Shown here: piece after piece, positions 17,510-25,154 of the stretch | Numbering within the stretch: position 1 is the first letter of the stretch | How the letters are laid out: the number at the start of each line of letters is the position of its first letter | NCBI GenBank assembly: GCA_023396115.1 | Contig: JAEWXC010000051.1 | Span: forward strand, 21,425-85,424 | DNA from: Actinomycetes bacterium | GTDB lineage: Bacteria; Actinomycetota; Actinomycetes; Propionibacteriales; Nocardioidaceae | Direction: 5' to 3' | Length of the DNA stretch: 64,000 nucleotides | The notes under the pieces: generated by a model | What the model was told of the DNA's origin: nothing | What the model saw: only the letters and a program-made list of their open reading frames with translations | Databases searched by the model: none | Translations under genes and position numbers: made by a program

Positions 17510-18462
17510 GACACAGCCCCCTCGCCCAACACCTGGATCGACTGTCGCTCCTGCCGCTCCATCGACGCTGCCACCGAGTCGCGCGCCATCACTGCCTCAG
17601 CCAACTGGGCCTCCAACGACGGCGTCCGACCCAAGCCGATCCCCACCACCTCGGTCGAGACAGTCTCACCGGCTGCGATCCGTGCCTCCAGCTGGTTGAC
17701 CTGCCTGCGACGCTCAGCCAGGGACTCCCGGCACTGGTCCAACAAGCCCTGGTGACGCTCCCGCGTCTCGACGTACAGCGCGACAGGAACCAACGAATCC
17801 GGGCTCCACACACAGGCCGGGAAGAACTCATGTGACGGGACGTCGCTCGTCGCGCCCCACCACGCACCAGCCTGGGGGGCAAGCGGATCTCGACCCGCAG
17901 CCAACTCGCGCAGCACCCACACGTCCCGCCGACCCTCCCGGGCCTCGTTCGAGATGACCTCCGACGTCGGGATCGTCCACGAGTCCGGCAGACCCGCCAC
18001 ATACGGCCGAAGATCGTTGCGGACCCGCGCCAACTCCTGCTCGGTGACGTACGGGCCATCGTGCTTCACCAACGCAGCGAGGAGCCGCTCTGTCTTCGCG
18101 TTGTGCGCTTCCAACCGTGCTTCGATCTCCAGCACGGGCACCTCGTGCAGGTCAGCCTGGGCAGCCAGCCACGCCGACTCCGCTTCCCGCACACGCGGCC
18201 CTTGGGCCTGCTGCGCTGTCTGGGCGATACCGATCCGATCCCGCAGTTCCCGCAGGAGTTTCGGCACCTCCTCGAGGGCATCCGGGTCGCTCAGGTACGC
18301 CTCGCCCGACGTCGCTTCCACGCGTGCCAACTCGTCACTTGCTTCGACCTCCCGGGCCGCCCACTGCGCCAGCACCGCGCGGGCCTCGTGCACCGCGACC
18401 TCCGCGGCCTGCACGGCACGCTCTGCAACGGTCTTCGCGTCCTCGTCAGGATTCTCGGTCAT
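17506..18462 (-). CDS. Hypothetical 318-aa protein, A/E/R-rich, apparently coiled-coil at both ends
   Basis: Long ORF with 4-nt overlaps to the genes on both sides. I recognise no family and see no obvious capsid or portal motifs. Confidence 0.65.
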   Translation of the reverse strand: MTENPDEDAKTVAERAVQAAEVAVHEARAVLAQWAAREVEASDELARVEATSGEAYLSDPDALEEVPKLLRELRDRIGIAQTAQQAQGPRVREAESAWLAAQADLHEVPVLEIEARLEAHNAKTERLLAALVKHDGPYVTEQELARVRNDLRPYVAGLPDSWTIPTSEVISNEAREGRRDVWVLRELAAGRDPLAPQAGAWWGATSDVPSHEFFPACVWSPDSLVPVALYVETRERHQGLLDQCRESLAERRRQVNQLEARIAAGETVSTEVVGIGLGRTPSLEAQLAEAVMARDSVAASMERQERQSIQVLGEGAVS

Positions 18463-18728
18463 CGGTACCCCCCGGACTCGGCGACGGCCTTCACGGTGAT
18501 GGACCGCAGCCGGGGTTCATCCAACGCCCCCGACTCGGTCAACGGCAGGTCGGCCAGCAGCCCCCTGATCGCCAGCGACGACAATTCCTCTCGGCAGTCG
18601 AGCAGCTGCCTGGAGATGACCTCACGTGCCCTGGCCTCACGCTCCAGCACCAGCACCCGGGCCTCCGCCGCCGTAGCCCGCGCCACCGCCGCGTCACGTG
18701 CCGCGAGCGCCTCCACCAGCGTCGTCAC
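18459..18728 (-). CDS. Hypothetical small protein, paralog family with LP[YLF]T-x-x-G-x-L motif
   Basis: 89 aa. Helical N-terminus, then LLADLPLTESGALDEPRL. 4-nt overlaps on both sides. Confidence 0.55.
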   Translation of the reverse strand: MTTLVEALAARDAAVARATAAEARVLVLEREARAREVISRQLLDCREELSSLAIRGLLADLPLTESGALDEPRLRSITVKAVAESGGYR

Positions 18729-19051
18729 GAGGCACCGCCCGCACTGAGCAGGAGATCCTCATGCGCGGCCCACAGCCGCCCCTGATGCAGCGCCCGGAAC
18801 GCCGGCTCATGCAGCTGCCCGTCCGCAGTGAACGGCAACACCCCCAGTGACTCCCGCGCGACCCGTGACTCCACGTCCACGCTCGACACCGACTCACCAG
18901 CAGCCAACAGTTCGTAGGCCCTGGTCTGCGCGTTCGCCGCGTTGATCCGGTCCTGCAACTCCCGAGCACGCAACGCGCCCGCCTGCAGCTCGATTAGCCT
19001 CTTCCGGGACACCTTCACCATCCCGGGCCGGGCCCGCCACGGCCACCTCAT
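18725..19051 (-). CDS. Hypothetical small protein, paralog family with LP[YLF]T-x-x-G-x-L motif
   Basis: 108 aa. Helical N-terminus, then LGVLPFTADGQLHEPAF. 4-nt overlaps on both sides. Confidence 0.55.
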   Translation of the reverse strand: MRWPWRARPGMVKVSRKRLIELQAGALRARELQDRINAANAQTRAYELLAAGESVSSVDVESRVARESLGVLPFTADGQLHEPAFRALHQGRLWAAHEDLLLSAGGAS

Positions 19052-19428
19052 CGGCGCAACGCCTCGCGCACCGCGGCCTGCTTCTCCTCGAACCGCCGGC
19101 CAGCCTCACGGATGCTGGCAGTGGTCACGCCCGGCGCCAACCGCCGCCCGTCCGGCCCGTACCCGGAGCCGTACGCGGACCAGGCTCCCGCCAGGGAAGC
19201 GCACATGTCCTCGAAGTCGATGAACGCGTGCTGCTCCCACAACTTCACGCCCCGCTCGACCATGCCGTCGTCGAACCCGGCATCGCGAAGCGACTGCTTC
19301 ACGCGAGTCACCTCACCGTCACCCAGGGCCTCGTCGACCAGGACTTCCTCGACGGTGGTGCCCCGGCCGAACGCCCGCGCCACCGCCTCCTGGACCTGCC
19401 GGTCCATCCGCTGCTGTTCACCGCTCAC
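19048..19428 (-). CDS. Hypothetical protein
   Basis: Start re-set to GTG 19428 (VSGEQQRMDRQVQEAVARAF), preceded by GGGAAGG; an ATG at 19407 is an alternative. The upstream part of the track ORF overlaps the preceding gene's 3' end (19463-19554) and its W/R/G-rich translation looks non-coding. Confidence 0.5.
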   Translation of the reverse strand: MSGEQQRMDRQVQEAVARAFGRGTTVEEVLVDEALGDGEVTRVKQSLRDAGFDDGMVERGVKLWEQHAFIDFEDMCASLAGAWSAYGSGYGPDGRRLAPGVTTASIREAGRRFEEKQAAVREALRR

Positions 19429-19462
19429 CGGTGCCTGCCTTCCCGGCAGGTCTCCCGGACAC

Positions 19463-20068
19463 TCAGCCGGCCTGCCTACGCTCCAGTTCTGCAGCCACCG
19501 ACACCTCGTCGATGACCCACGTCCGCCCCACCAGGTGACCGACCAGCCGACCACCGCGGACCAAGTTCGTGATCTGCTTCCTGGTCAACCCGAGCCGGTC
19601 GGCCACCTCCCGGGTTGTGAGGCCCGGCTGTGAGGAGGACACACCTGAGCCTGCACGCTCGGACTCACGCGGAACTTCCGCATTTCCGCTGACGGAAGTC
19701 GCTCCCGGGACGAACCTGGCCTGCCACTCCCTCGACGCCTGGCGAAGCTCCGCCACCGAAGCCAACACCTGCCGGCCCGCAGCGCCACCCACACCCGACT
19801 GCTGCACGAGCCCCCGTCCCTTCGCCTCGAGGCGCCGCAGCACGTCTGGGTGATCGCGGACCAGCAGGTACGCCACTACCGGCGGCACCGTCGCGGAGAG
19901 CAACACCCGAGTGTCATCCACCGGCCCGTTCACCGCCCACCGCCGACCATCTGGGCGGGTGACCTGTCTCCCCGCAGGAAACAGCCCGGAAGGGACGTGA
20001 AAGAGCCGAAGCACGACCACAGCCAGCCGCGACATGCCCTCGACAAGCCGACCCGACGAGCCAAGCAC
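19463..20068 (-). CDS. Hypothetical protein with a C-terminal excisionase-family HTH
   Basis: 201 aa. C-terminal LTTREVADRLGLTRKQITNLVRGGRLVGHLVGRTWVIDEVSV is HTH_17-like. The start is uncertain (GTG 20068 or ATG 20038). Confidence 0.6.
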   Translation of the reverse strand: MLGSSGRLVEGMSRLAVVVLRLFHVPSGLFPAGRQVTRPDGRRWAVNGPVDDTRVLLSATVPPVVAYLLVRDHPDVLRRLEAKGRGLVQQSGVGGAAGRQVLASVAELRQASREWQARFVPGATSVSGNAEVPRESERAGSGVSSSQPGLTTREVADRLGLTRKQITNLVRGGRLVGHLVGRTWVIDEVSVAAELERRQAG

Positions 20069-20296
20069 CGCGGTCGCCCGGACCGCGCACGCACCACCGC
20101 CGACATCACAGACCTGACCGCCCGTGTGAACGCGGTCACCGACCTCGTCAACGCGGACTCCGACCTGGGGATCGCGGTGCTCAAGTTCGTCGGTGTCCTA
20201 GTCGCCCTGGCCGTGTTCCTCGTCGGTACGGCCGGGGGTGTGACGGGGGGTGCACCTACGCTCCCCGACGCCACCCCCAACTCGAGGAGCACCCAC

Positions 20297-21007
20297 ATGA
20301 CGAAGACCCCTGACCAGTACCTCCTGGCCCTGCACGCCACCCTCCAGGCACGCAACCTGACGGCCGTCGACCCGGCAGACGTGAACACCGGCCTGCGACT
20401 CACCGCCGAGCAAGGAGACGCCCACGTCCAGGACCTCCAAGAAGCCGGCCTCGTCACCACGCAGCCGTCTCGCCACGCGGGGGGCCGCATGATCTGGCTC
20501 ATCGGGCTCACCCCCTCCGGCCACGCCCGGGTGCGGCACCTCGATGACGACCAGCGCGGCGGCCCACTCCAGGCGGCTCCTGGAGACGACTGGGTCGCCC
20601 GGGACCTGCCGGTGCTGCGACTCGCAGCAAGCGCCGAGCAGCGCGGCCACGGCCTGACCCCTGACGACTTCACCGAACACCTGGGCTTCCGCATGCGCGA
20701 CGTCGACCACGCCATGTTCCGGCTCCGAGACTTCGGGTACCTCACGTTCCGGAGGGAAGCCGGCGGCGAGTACGAGTCCATCCGCGTCACCGAGAAGGGC
20801 GCACGGGAAGTCGGGGTCTGGCCGACCCCCGAGGCCGCCGTAGACCGCCTGATCGCAACACTCGAAGCGCTGGCAGCCGACGAGACCCTGCCCCAGGAGG
20901 AACGCTCGAAGGCTCGAACGTTCGCCAAGTGGCTCGCCTCGACCACCCAAGCCGTCGTCCTCGGCATCGGGACCTCACTGGCGGCAGGCCAGATCCCCGG
21001 CCAGTAG
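20297..21007 (+). CDS. Hypothetical protein with two winged-helix-like modules, encoded opposite to the flanking genes
   Basis: ATG 20297 is preceded by GAGGAG 7 nt upstream. Two similar modules: DAHVQDLQEAGLVTTQP...IGLTPSGHARV and DVDHAMFRLRDFGYLTFRRE...IRVTEKGAREV. The frame stays open and coding-like upstream to GTG 20126, which would add a TM helix. Confidence 0.6.
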   Translation: MTKTPDQYLLALHATLQARNLTAVDPADVNTGLRLTAEQGDAHVQDLQEAGLVTTQPSRHAGGRMIWLIGLTPSGHARVRHLDDDQRGGPLQAAPGDDWVARDLPVLRLAASAEQRGHGLTPDDFTEHLGFRMRDVDHAMFRLRDFGYLTFRREAGGEYESIRVTEKGAREVGVWPTPEAAVDRLIATLEALAADETLPQEERSKARTFAKWLASTTQAVVLGIGTSLAAGQIPGQ

Positions 21008-21011
21008 CCCC

Positions 21012-21287
21012 TCACGCCCCGGCCACCTTCCGGTCGGCCGGGGCCGTCCCACCCCACACACCCTCACGCTCACACCCAACCAACGCGTACGCCAGACACT
21101 CACCCCGCACAGGGCAACCACGACAGGCATCCACCGCAGCGTCGACGTCACCCGGCTTCGTCGACCACCACCGCGCCGGGGTCACCTGACACGGCACCCG
21201 GCGCACAGCGTGGACCGCAGCCACCAACTCCAACCACGCCTGCCGCGCAACACCCGACGGCACCCACCCCGGAGCCGCGGTCACCAC
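21012..21287 (-). CDS. WhiB-family (Wbl) iron-sulfur transcriptional regulator
   Basis: 91 aa with four Cys in the Wbl pattern (PC...AC-RG-C-PVRGE-C), followed by the GVWGG turn. It overlaps the terL stop by 7 nt. Confidence 0.85.
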   Translation of the reverse strand: MVTAAPGWVPSGVARQAWLELVAAVHAVRRVPCQVTPARWWSTKPGDVDAAVDACRGCPVRGECLAYALVGCEREGVWGGTAPADRKVAGA

Positions 21288-22723
21288 GACACCCCGTCAT
21301 ACGGGGCGATGCTGAAGCCCCCCGGCCCGTCTTCCTCACCGAACAACTCCTCCTCCGTCACCACCCGATCCATCACAGGGACCAACTCCCCCGCCACCAA
21401 CGGCTGCAACGCCAACGCGAACGACATCGCCACGTCGTCATGCCCAGCCCGCTCCGGCACCGCAATCCGCATCCCCCCACCGTCCAACGCCGTGAACTCC
21501 AACGCACCCAACTGCCGCAGCAACGCCGGATGCCGCGGCAGCACTAGACGCCCCTGCTGCATCAACAACTTCGCGAACCCGAACAGGTCCTCCTTCAACC
21601 GCGCCGTCGTCGCCACCGGCACCACCCGCTCCCACCCCGTGGCCTCCCAGACCCGACGCGCCAACACCTGAGTAGGCATCTGCCCCACCCCGTTCGTCTC
21701 CGCCGTCAGCACCTGCAACCGCAGCAACCCCACCGCGTCAACCAACCGGTCGATCCACCTCTCGTAGGACAACCCGAACCGCTCCTCCACCAACGCCACC
21801 ACGTACCGCGCCCGCCCCCGCGCATCCGGCTCCGACAACCCCGCGACCACCGTCAACGCATGCGCATCCCGAGCCATCCCCCAGTCCACGCCACCCACCA
21901 CCGCCCCCAACCCCGCCAGCACCCCCGGATCGCTCTCCAGAGTCACCAGCTCGACCCCCTCATCCGTCGCAGCCTCCAGCTCAGCCGTCGTGAAGTACGC
22001 CCCAGCCGAATCCGTCCACTTCGCCAAGTACTCCCGCTCGAAGTACGCCGGCGTCTCCCGCTCACGGATCGCCTCCAGAAGCACGTCGTCAACCAACGGG
22101 GACGTCGACGACGGCCAATGCCACGCCTCCAACTCACCCGACGGCGCCGCCTGCGCCCGGGTCCACAACGCCCGGAAGAAGTGATCCGGACCGCCCCACG
22201 GCGACGACGACAGCACCACCCGAGCCCCAGGCCGGGCGATGATCGCCGGCTCCGCAGCCCGCCAGATGTCCGGATCGATGAACGCAGCCTCATCCACGAT
22301 CAGCAGATCCACCGACCACCCCCGAATCTGCGCCGCCGAAGCCGGCACAGCACGCACCACCGAACCGTTCGACAGGCTCACCGCCTTCGACGACTCATCC
22401 ACCACCGACCCGGCCAACACCGGCGACCCCAAGGCCAACGCCGCGACGTCCTCCAGAAGCCGCTTCGCGGCCGTGTCACCAGCCGACACCAGCAGCACCA
22501 TCGAACCCGGCACCGCGAACGCCCGATGCAGCGCAATGACTGCCAGCAGGCGAGACTTCCCAACCTGCCGACCAGCACAGACCACCCGATACCGCGCCTT
22601 CGACCGCACCACCTCAACCTGGTGATCCCACAGCGGAGTGCCGAGGAGCAGCCGCGCGAACACGCTCGCATCACGTCGCGCGTCGTCCAGGTCCTGCAAC
22701 CCCAGTTCAGCCATCGCCGACAC
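21281..22723 (-). CDS. terL: Terminase large subunit
   Basis: 480 aa. Walker A VVCAGRQVGKS and Walker B LLIVDEAAF. The C-terminal nuclease-like half has VGGVDWG and AGHDD. Confidence 0.9.
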   Translation of the reverse strand: MSAMAELGLQDLDDARRDASVFARLLLGTPLWDHQVEVVRSKARYRVVCAGRQVGKSRLLAVIALHRAFAVPGSMVLLVSAGDTAAKRLLEDVAALALGSPVLAGSVVDESSKAVSLSNGSVVRAVPASAAQIRGWSVDLLIVDEAAFIDPDIWRAAEPAIIARPGARVVLSSSPWGGPDHFFRALWTRAQAAPSGELEAWHWPSSTSPLVDDVLLEAIRERETPAYFEREYLAKWTDSAGAYFTTAELEAATDEGVELVTLESDPGVLAGLGAVVGGVDWGMARDAHALTVVAGLSEPDARGRARYVVALVEERFGLSYERWIDRLVDAVGLLRLQVLTAETNGVGQMPTQVLARRVWEATGWERVVPVATTARLKEDLFGFAKLLMQQGRLVLPRHPALLRQLGALEFTALDGGGMRIAVPERAGHDDVAMSFALALQPLVAGELVPVMDRVVTEEELFGEEDGPGGFSIAPYDGVSW

Positions 22724-23240
22724 CGGCCTGCTTGTCGCGCTCCAACTGCTCCAGCCGCGCCATCGCCTTCGCCACGTCCGCGTTCGCCGCCTGCCCCTGC
22801 GCCACGTGCTTCCCCATCCGGGCCGCTGCAGTCGGGGTCAGGCCCAGGCGGGACCTGGACGACGACGCCCGCCCCTCGGCCCGATGCAGCAGCAGATACG
22901 CCGCCCGCACTGACTCCGACCCCAGGTCGCCCACCGGTTCGCCACACCGCTCGCCCTGCTTAGCCAGCCACTCGCTGATCAACTGCACCTGCGCCTCCGC
23001 ACGCCCCAAGGCGTACAACTCGGCTCGATACGCCGGCGCCTTCACGTACCCCGGCACTGTCGGATCAGCCAGCATGAGCGCCACGAACTCAGCCGCGAGC
23101 GGCTCAACCCAGCGCGGCGAGTACGCGCCGTGCGTCGACGCGGCCAGCGTGTTCCCCGGTTCGAACGGCGGCCGCTGCCCCGCGAACGCCGGCACCCAGC
23201 CGGCACCTGCGCGGGCATCCGTCTCCTGCGGTTCACCCAC
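22707..23240 (-). CDS. Putative terminase small subunit
   Basis: 177 aa, immediately upstream of terL and overlapping it by 17 nt. It has a helical C-terminus (RLGLTPTAAARMG...). The call is mainly positional. Confidence 0.55.
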   Translation of the reverse strand: MGEPQETDARAGAGWVPAFAGQRPPFEPGNTLAASTHGAYSPRWVEPLAAEFVALMLADPTVPGYVKAPAYRAELYALGRAEAQVQLISEWLAKQGERCGEPVGDLGSESVRAAYLLLHRAEGRASSSRSRLGLTPTAAARMGKHVAQGQAANADVAKAMARLEQLERDKQAGVGDG

Positions 23241-23844
23241 GCCGACCCCCAGCCTTCACACTGCAGCCATGGCTCACGACCTCGATGGCGACGACCTGAC
23301 CGGCACTCCCTGCCTCGGCACCGACTGCTTCGACACCGCAGAGGTGATCGACCAGCTCGCCGTCCGACTCCCCCTGGACGTCGGTGCAGTCGAGGATTCG
23401 GTTCGCCTCGACCTGCCGTTGTGCGGCCACCACGCCCACCTGCTGCGAATGGGCGGCACCAGGTACAGCTACACGTCCCGCGAGTGACCCACGAGCCACC
23501 GCGAGGCCACATGTCCCGGAGTCAAGAGGCCACCCTCTGACCTGCACAAATACACCCCGTGTGTGCAGCGTGTGTGCACCCTGCCCACGCCCGACCACCA
23601 CCGCACCCACGACCCAAGCCAAGGCGCGCGGGGCATCTCCACAACGAGAACGGAGCCGAACAGCACCGGCCCGGCGTCGGTGGTACACGCGCAACCATCC
23701 CGCCATGGGGATCAGTCGTCCGTCGCCGTACTTGATGCACCAGTTGGTGGTCGCGGGGATGAACGAGGCGAGGTCTTCGACCATGTCCCTGGGGAACAGT
23801 CCTTCTGGGAGGTGCAGCGCTTGGCTGCCGACCTGGGTGGTCAT
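23233..23844 (-). CDS. Hypothetical ORF coupled to the RepA-like gene; only the first 55-60 codons look coding and the 3' extent is doubtful
   Basis: ATG 23844 overlaps the RepA-like stop (ATGA). The N-terminus MTTQVGSQALHLPEGLFPRDMVEDLASFIPATTNWCIKYGDGRLIPMAGWL has good codon bias, and the bias collapses afterwards. The ORF then runs antisense to the better-looking + strand ORF at 23269..23487. Confidence 0.3.
   Translation of the reverse strand: MTTQVGSQALHLPEGLFPRDMVEDLASFIPATTNWCIKYGDGRLIPMAGWLRVYHRRRAGAVRLRSRCGDAPRALAWVVGAVVVGRGQGAHTLHTRGVFVQVRGWPLDSGTCGLAVARGSLAGRVAVPGAAHSQQVGVVAAQRQVEANRILDCTDVQGESDGELVDHLCGVEAVGAEAGSAGQVVAIEVVSHGCSVKAGGRRG
23269..23487 (+). CDS. Hypothetical small acidic Cys/His-containing protein
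   Basis: 72 aa (MAHDLDGDDLTGTPCLGTDCFDTAEV...LCGHHAHLL...). Third-position G+C is clearly higher than in the overlapping minus-strand frame. Promoter space is very short (28 bp to the terS start). Confidence 0.4.
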   Translation: MAHDLDGDDLTGTPCLGTDCFDTAEVIDQLAVRLPLDVGAVEDSVRLDLPLCGHHAHLLRMGGTRYSYTSRE

Positions 23845-25154
23845 GCTGCGTGGTCTCCGTTCGGCTGGGGAGGTGTGGCGGTCTTGTCTTCCCTGTCACG
23901 ACCTCCCTCCCTATAAGGGAGGTTGGGGAGGTCGTTTGGCTTCCCTGCGGGGAGGTCTGGGGAGGTCAGGGAGGTCAGGGAATCTGGGTTGACTCCTGGG
24001 GCGAATCCGAAGAGCCGGGAGTTCCGCGGGCCGGCCTTGGAGACCAAGAGGGAGCCGCGGTCGGGGCGCTCGAGCATCTGCGCGGCGTTCTTGGCGTCGC
24101 CCTTGGAGTGGCGGATGTCTGCCTCGCCGTCCTTGATCATCTTGGCGATCGCGGTGTCGAGCTGGCTGGCGGAGACGAACTGGGGGTGGTGTTCGTGGAG
24201 CACCTCTAGTACCAGCGGGATGAGGGCTTCGCGTCGGCTGTACTCGGCGGCGGACCTCCGTGAGCCGGCGCCGTCGAGGGTCAGGAGCCGTGTTGTCTCG
24301 TTCATGGAGATCCGGTCTTCGGCGACCAGGACGTCGCGGCCTTCGGCGCGGAGGTAGCGGTGTCCGTCCTCGCCGCGGGTGACGTTGATGATGGTGTCCG
24401 CCCAGTCTTCGAGGGCGGTGGAGCCGCGGCTGCGTTCACCGTTCCAGCCGGCGTGTGCGGCGAGGACGATGTCACGGGCGCCGACTGCGCCGCGGCCGAA
24501 CCTGTCGAGGTCTGCGAGGAACCCGCCGACTTCGCCGGGGTCGTTCTGGTTGGTGCCGGTGAAGGCGCGGCCGAAGGGGTCGATGATCAGCATTTCGGTC
24601 TCCATCTCGCGCAGCTTCTGTGCGAGCGCGGTGGAGTCTTCGGGGCTCGCGAGTGGGTTCCGGCGGCCGCGGAGGTTCACCAGGAACATCCTGTCGTGCG
24701 GGATAGATAGGTCGTTGGCCCAGGCAGCGACGGTTTGTCCCGACACCTCGAAGTTGAGGAACGCGACCCGGCCGGTGAGCGGGGTGACGGGGAACTTGCC
24801 GAGGAAGTCTTCACCGAGCAGGGCGCTGCGCGCCAGGTTCAGCTGGAGCGACGTCTTGCCGGTCTTGCGTTGGGCGACGATCAGGGTGCCGCCGTCGGCC
24901 GGGATGATGCCCTCGGCACGGTGCTTCGGCTCCGGGGGGCGCGCCAGGATGTCAGCGAGTAGGCCCGCGTCGAACGGCGGGAGGCCTTCCGCGGCTGCTC
25001 GCTCGGCCCTGAGTCGCTCTCGGGCAGCGTCGCGGATCTTGAGTCGCCTGGTCTCGGTGGCGACCTGCTCGTTGAACTTGATCTGCTGATGCGCTTCGTC
25101 CCACTCGTCCGGGGGCGGCTCCAACTCGGTGGGGCCTCGCTCGATGTCGTTCAC
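23841..25154 (-). CDS. RepA-like RecA-fold AAA ATPase (AAA_25-type replication/helicase-loader-like protein)
   Basis: Start re-set to GTG 25154, overlapping the upstream stop (GTGA). Walker A LIVAQRKTGKTS and Walker B EMLIIDPFGRAF. The N-terminal 75 codons of the track ORF are P/R-rich and were rejected. Confidence 0.8.
   Translation of the reverse strand: MNDIERGPTELEPPPDEWDEAHQQIKFNEQVATETRRLKIRDAARERLRAERAAAEGLPPFDAGLLADILARPPEPKHRAEGIIPADGGTLIVAQRKTGKTSLQLNLARSALLGEDFLGKFPVTPLTGRVAFLNFEVSGQTVAAWANDLSIPHDRMFLVNLRGRRNPLASPEDSTALAQKLREMETEMLIIDPFGRAFTGTNQNDPGEVGGFLADLDRFGRGAVGARDIVLAAHAGWNGERSRGSTALEDWADTIINVTRGEDGHRYLRAEGRDVLVAEDRISMNETTRLLTLDGAGSRRSAAEYSRREALIPLVLEVLHEHHPQFVSASQLDTAIAKMIKDGEADIRHSKGDAKNAAQMLERPDRGSLLVSKAGPRNSRLFGFAPGVNPDSLTSLTSPDLPAGKPNDLPNLPYREGGRDREDKTATPPQPNGDHAA
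23900..23985. repeat. Iteron-like cluster: inverted repeat ACCTCCCT/AGGGAGGT plus at least 4 direct GGGGAGGTC-type repeats (candidate replication origin)
   Basis: ACCTCCCT (23901-23908) pairs with AGGGAGGT (23916-23923). GGGGAGGTC occurs at 23925, 23949 and 23959, GGGAGGTC at 23969, and a degenerate AGGGAATC at 23977. The cluster lies inside the last 50 or so codons of the RepA-like gene. Confidence 0.7.

Noticed and set aside
17198-17520. Programmed -1 frameshift (tail assembly chaperone G/GT) upstream of the tape measure gene
   Set aside because: The two upstream ORFs are joined by an ordinary ATGA overlap. I saw no slippery heptamer, and their sizes and sequences do not resemble chaperone pairs.
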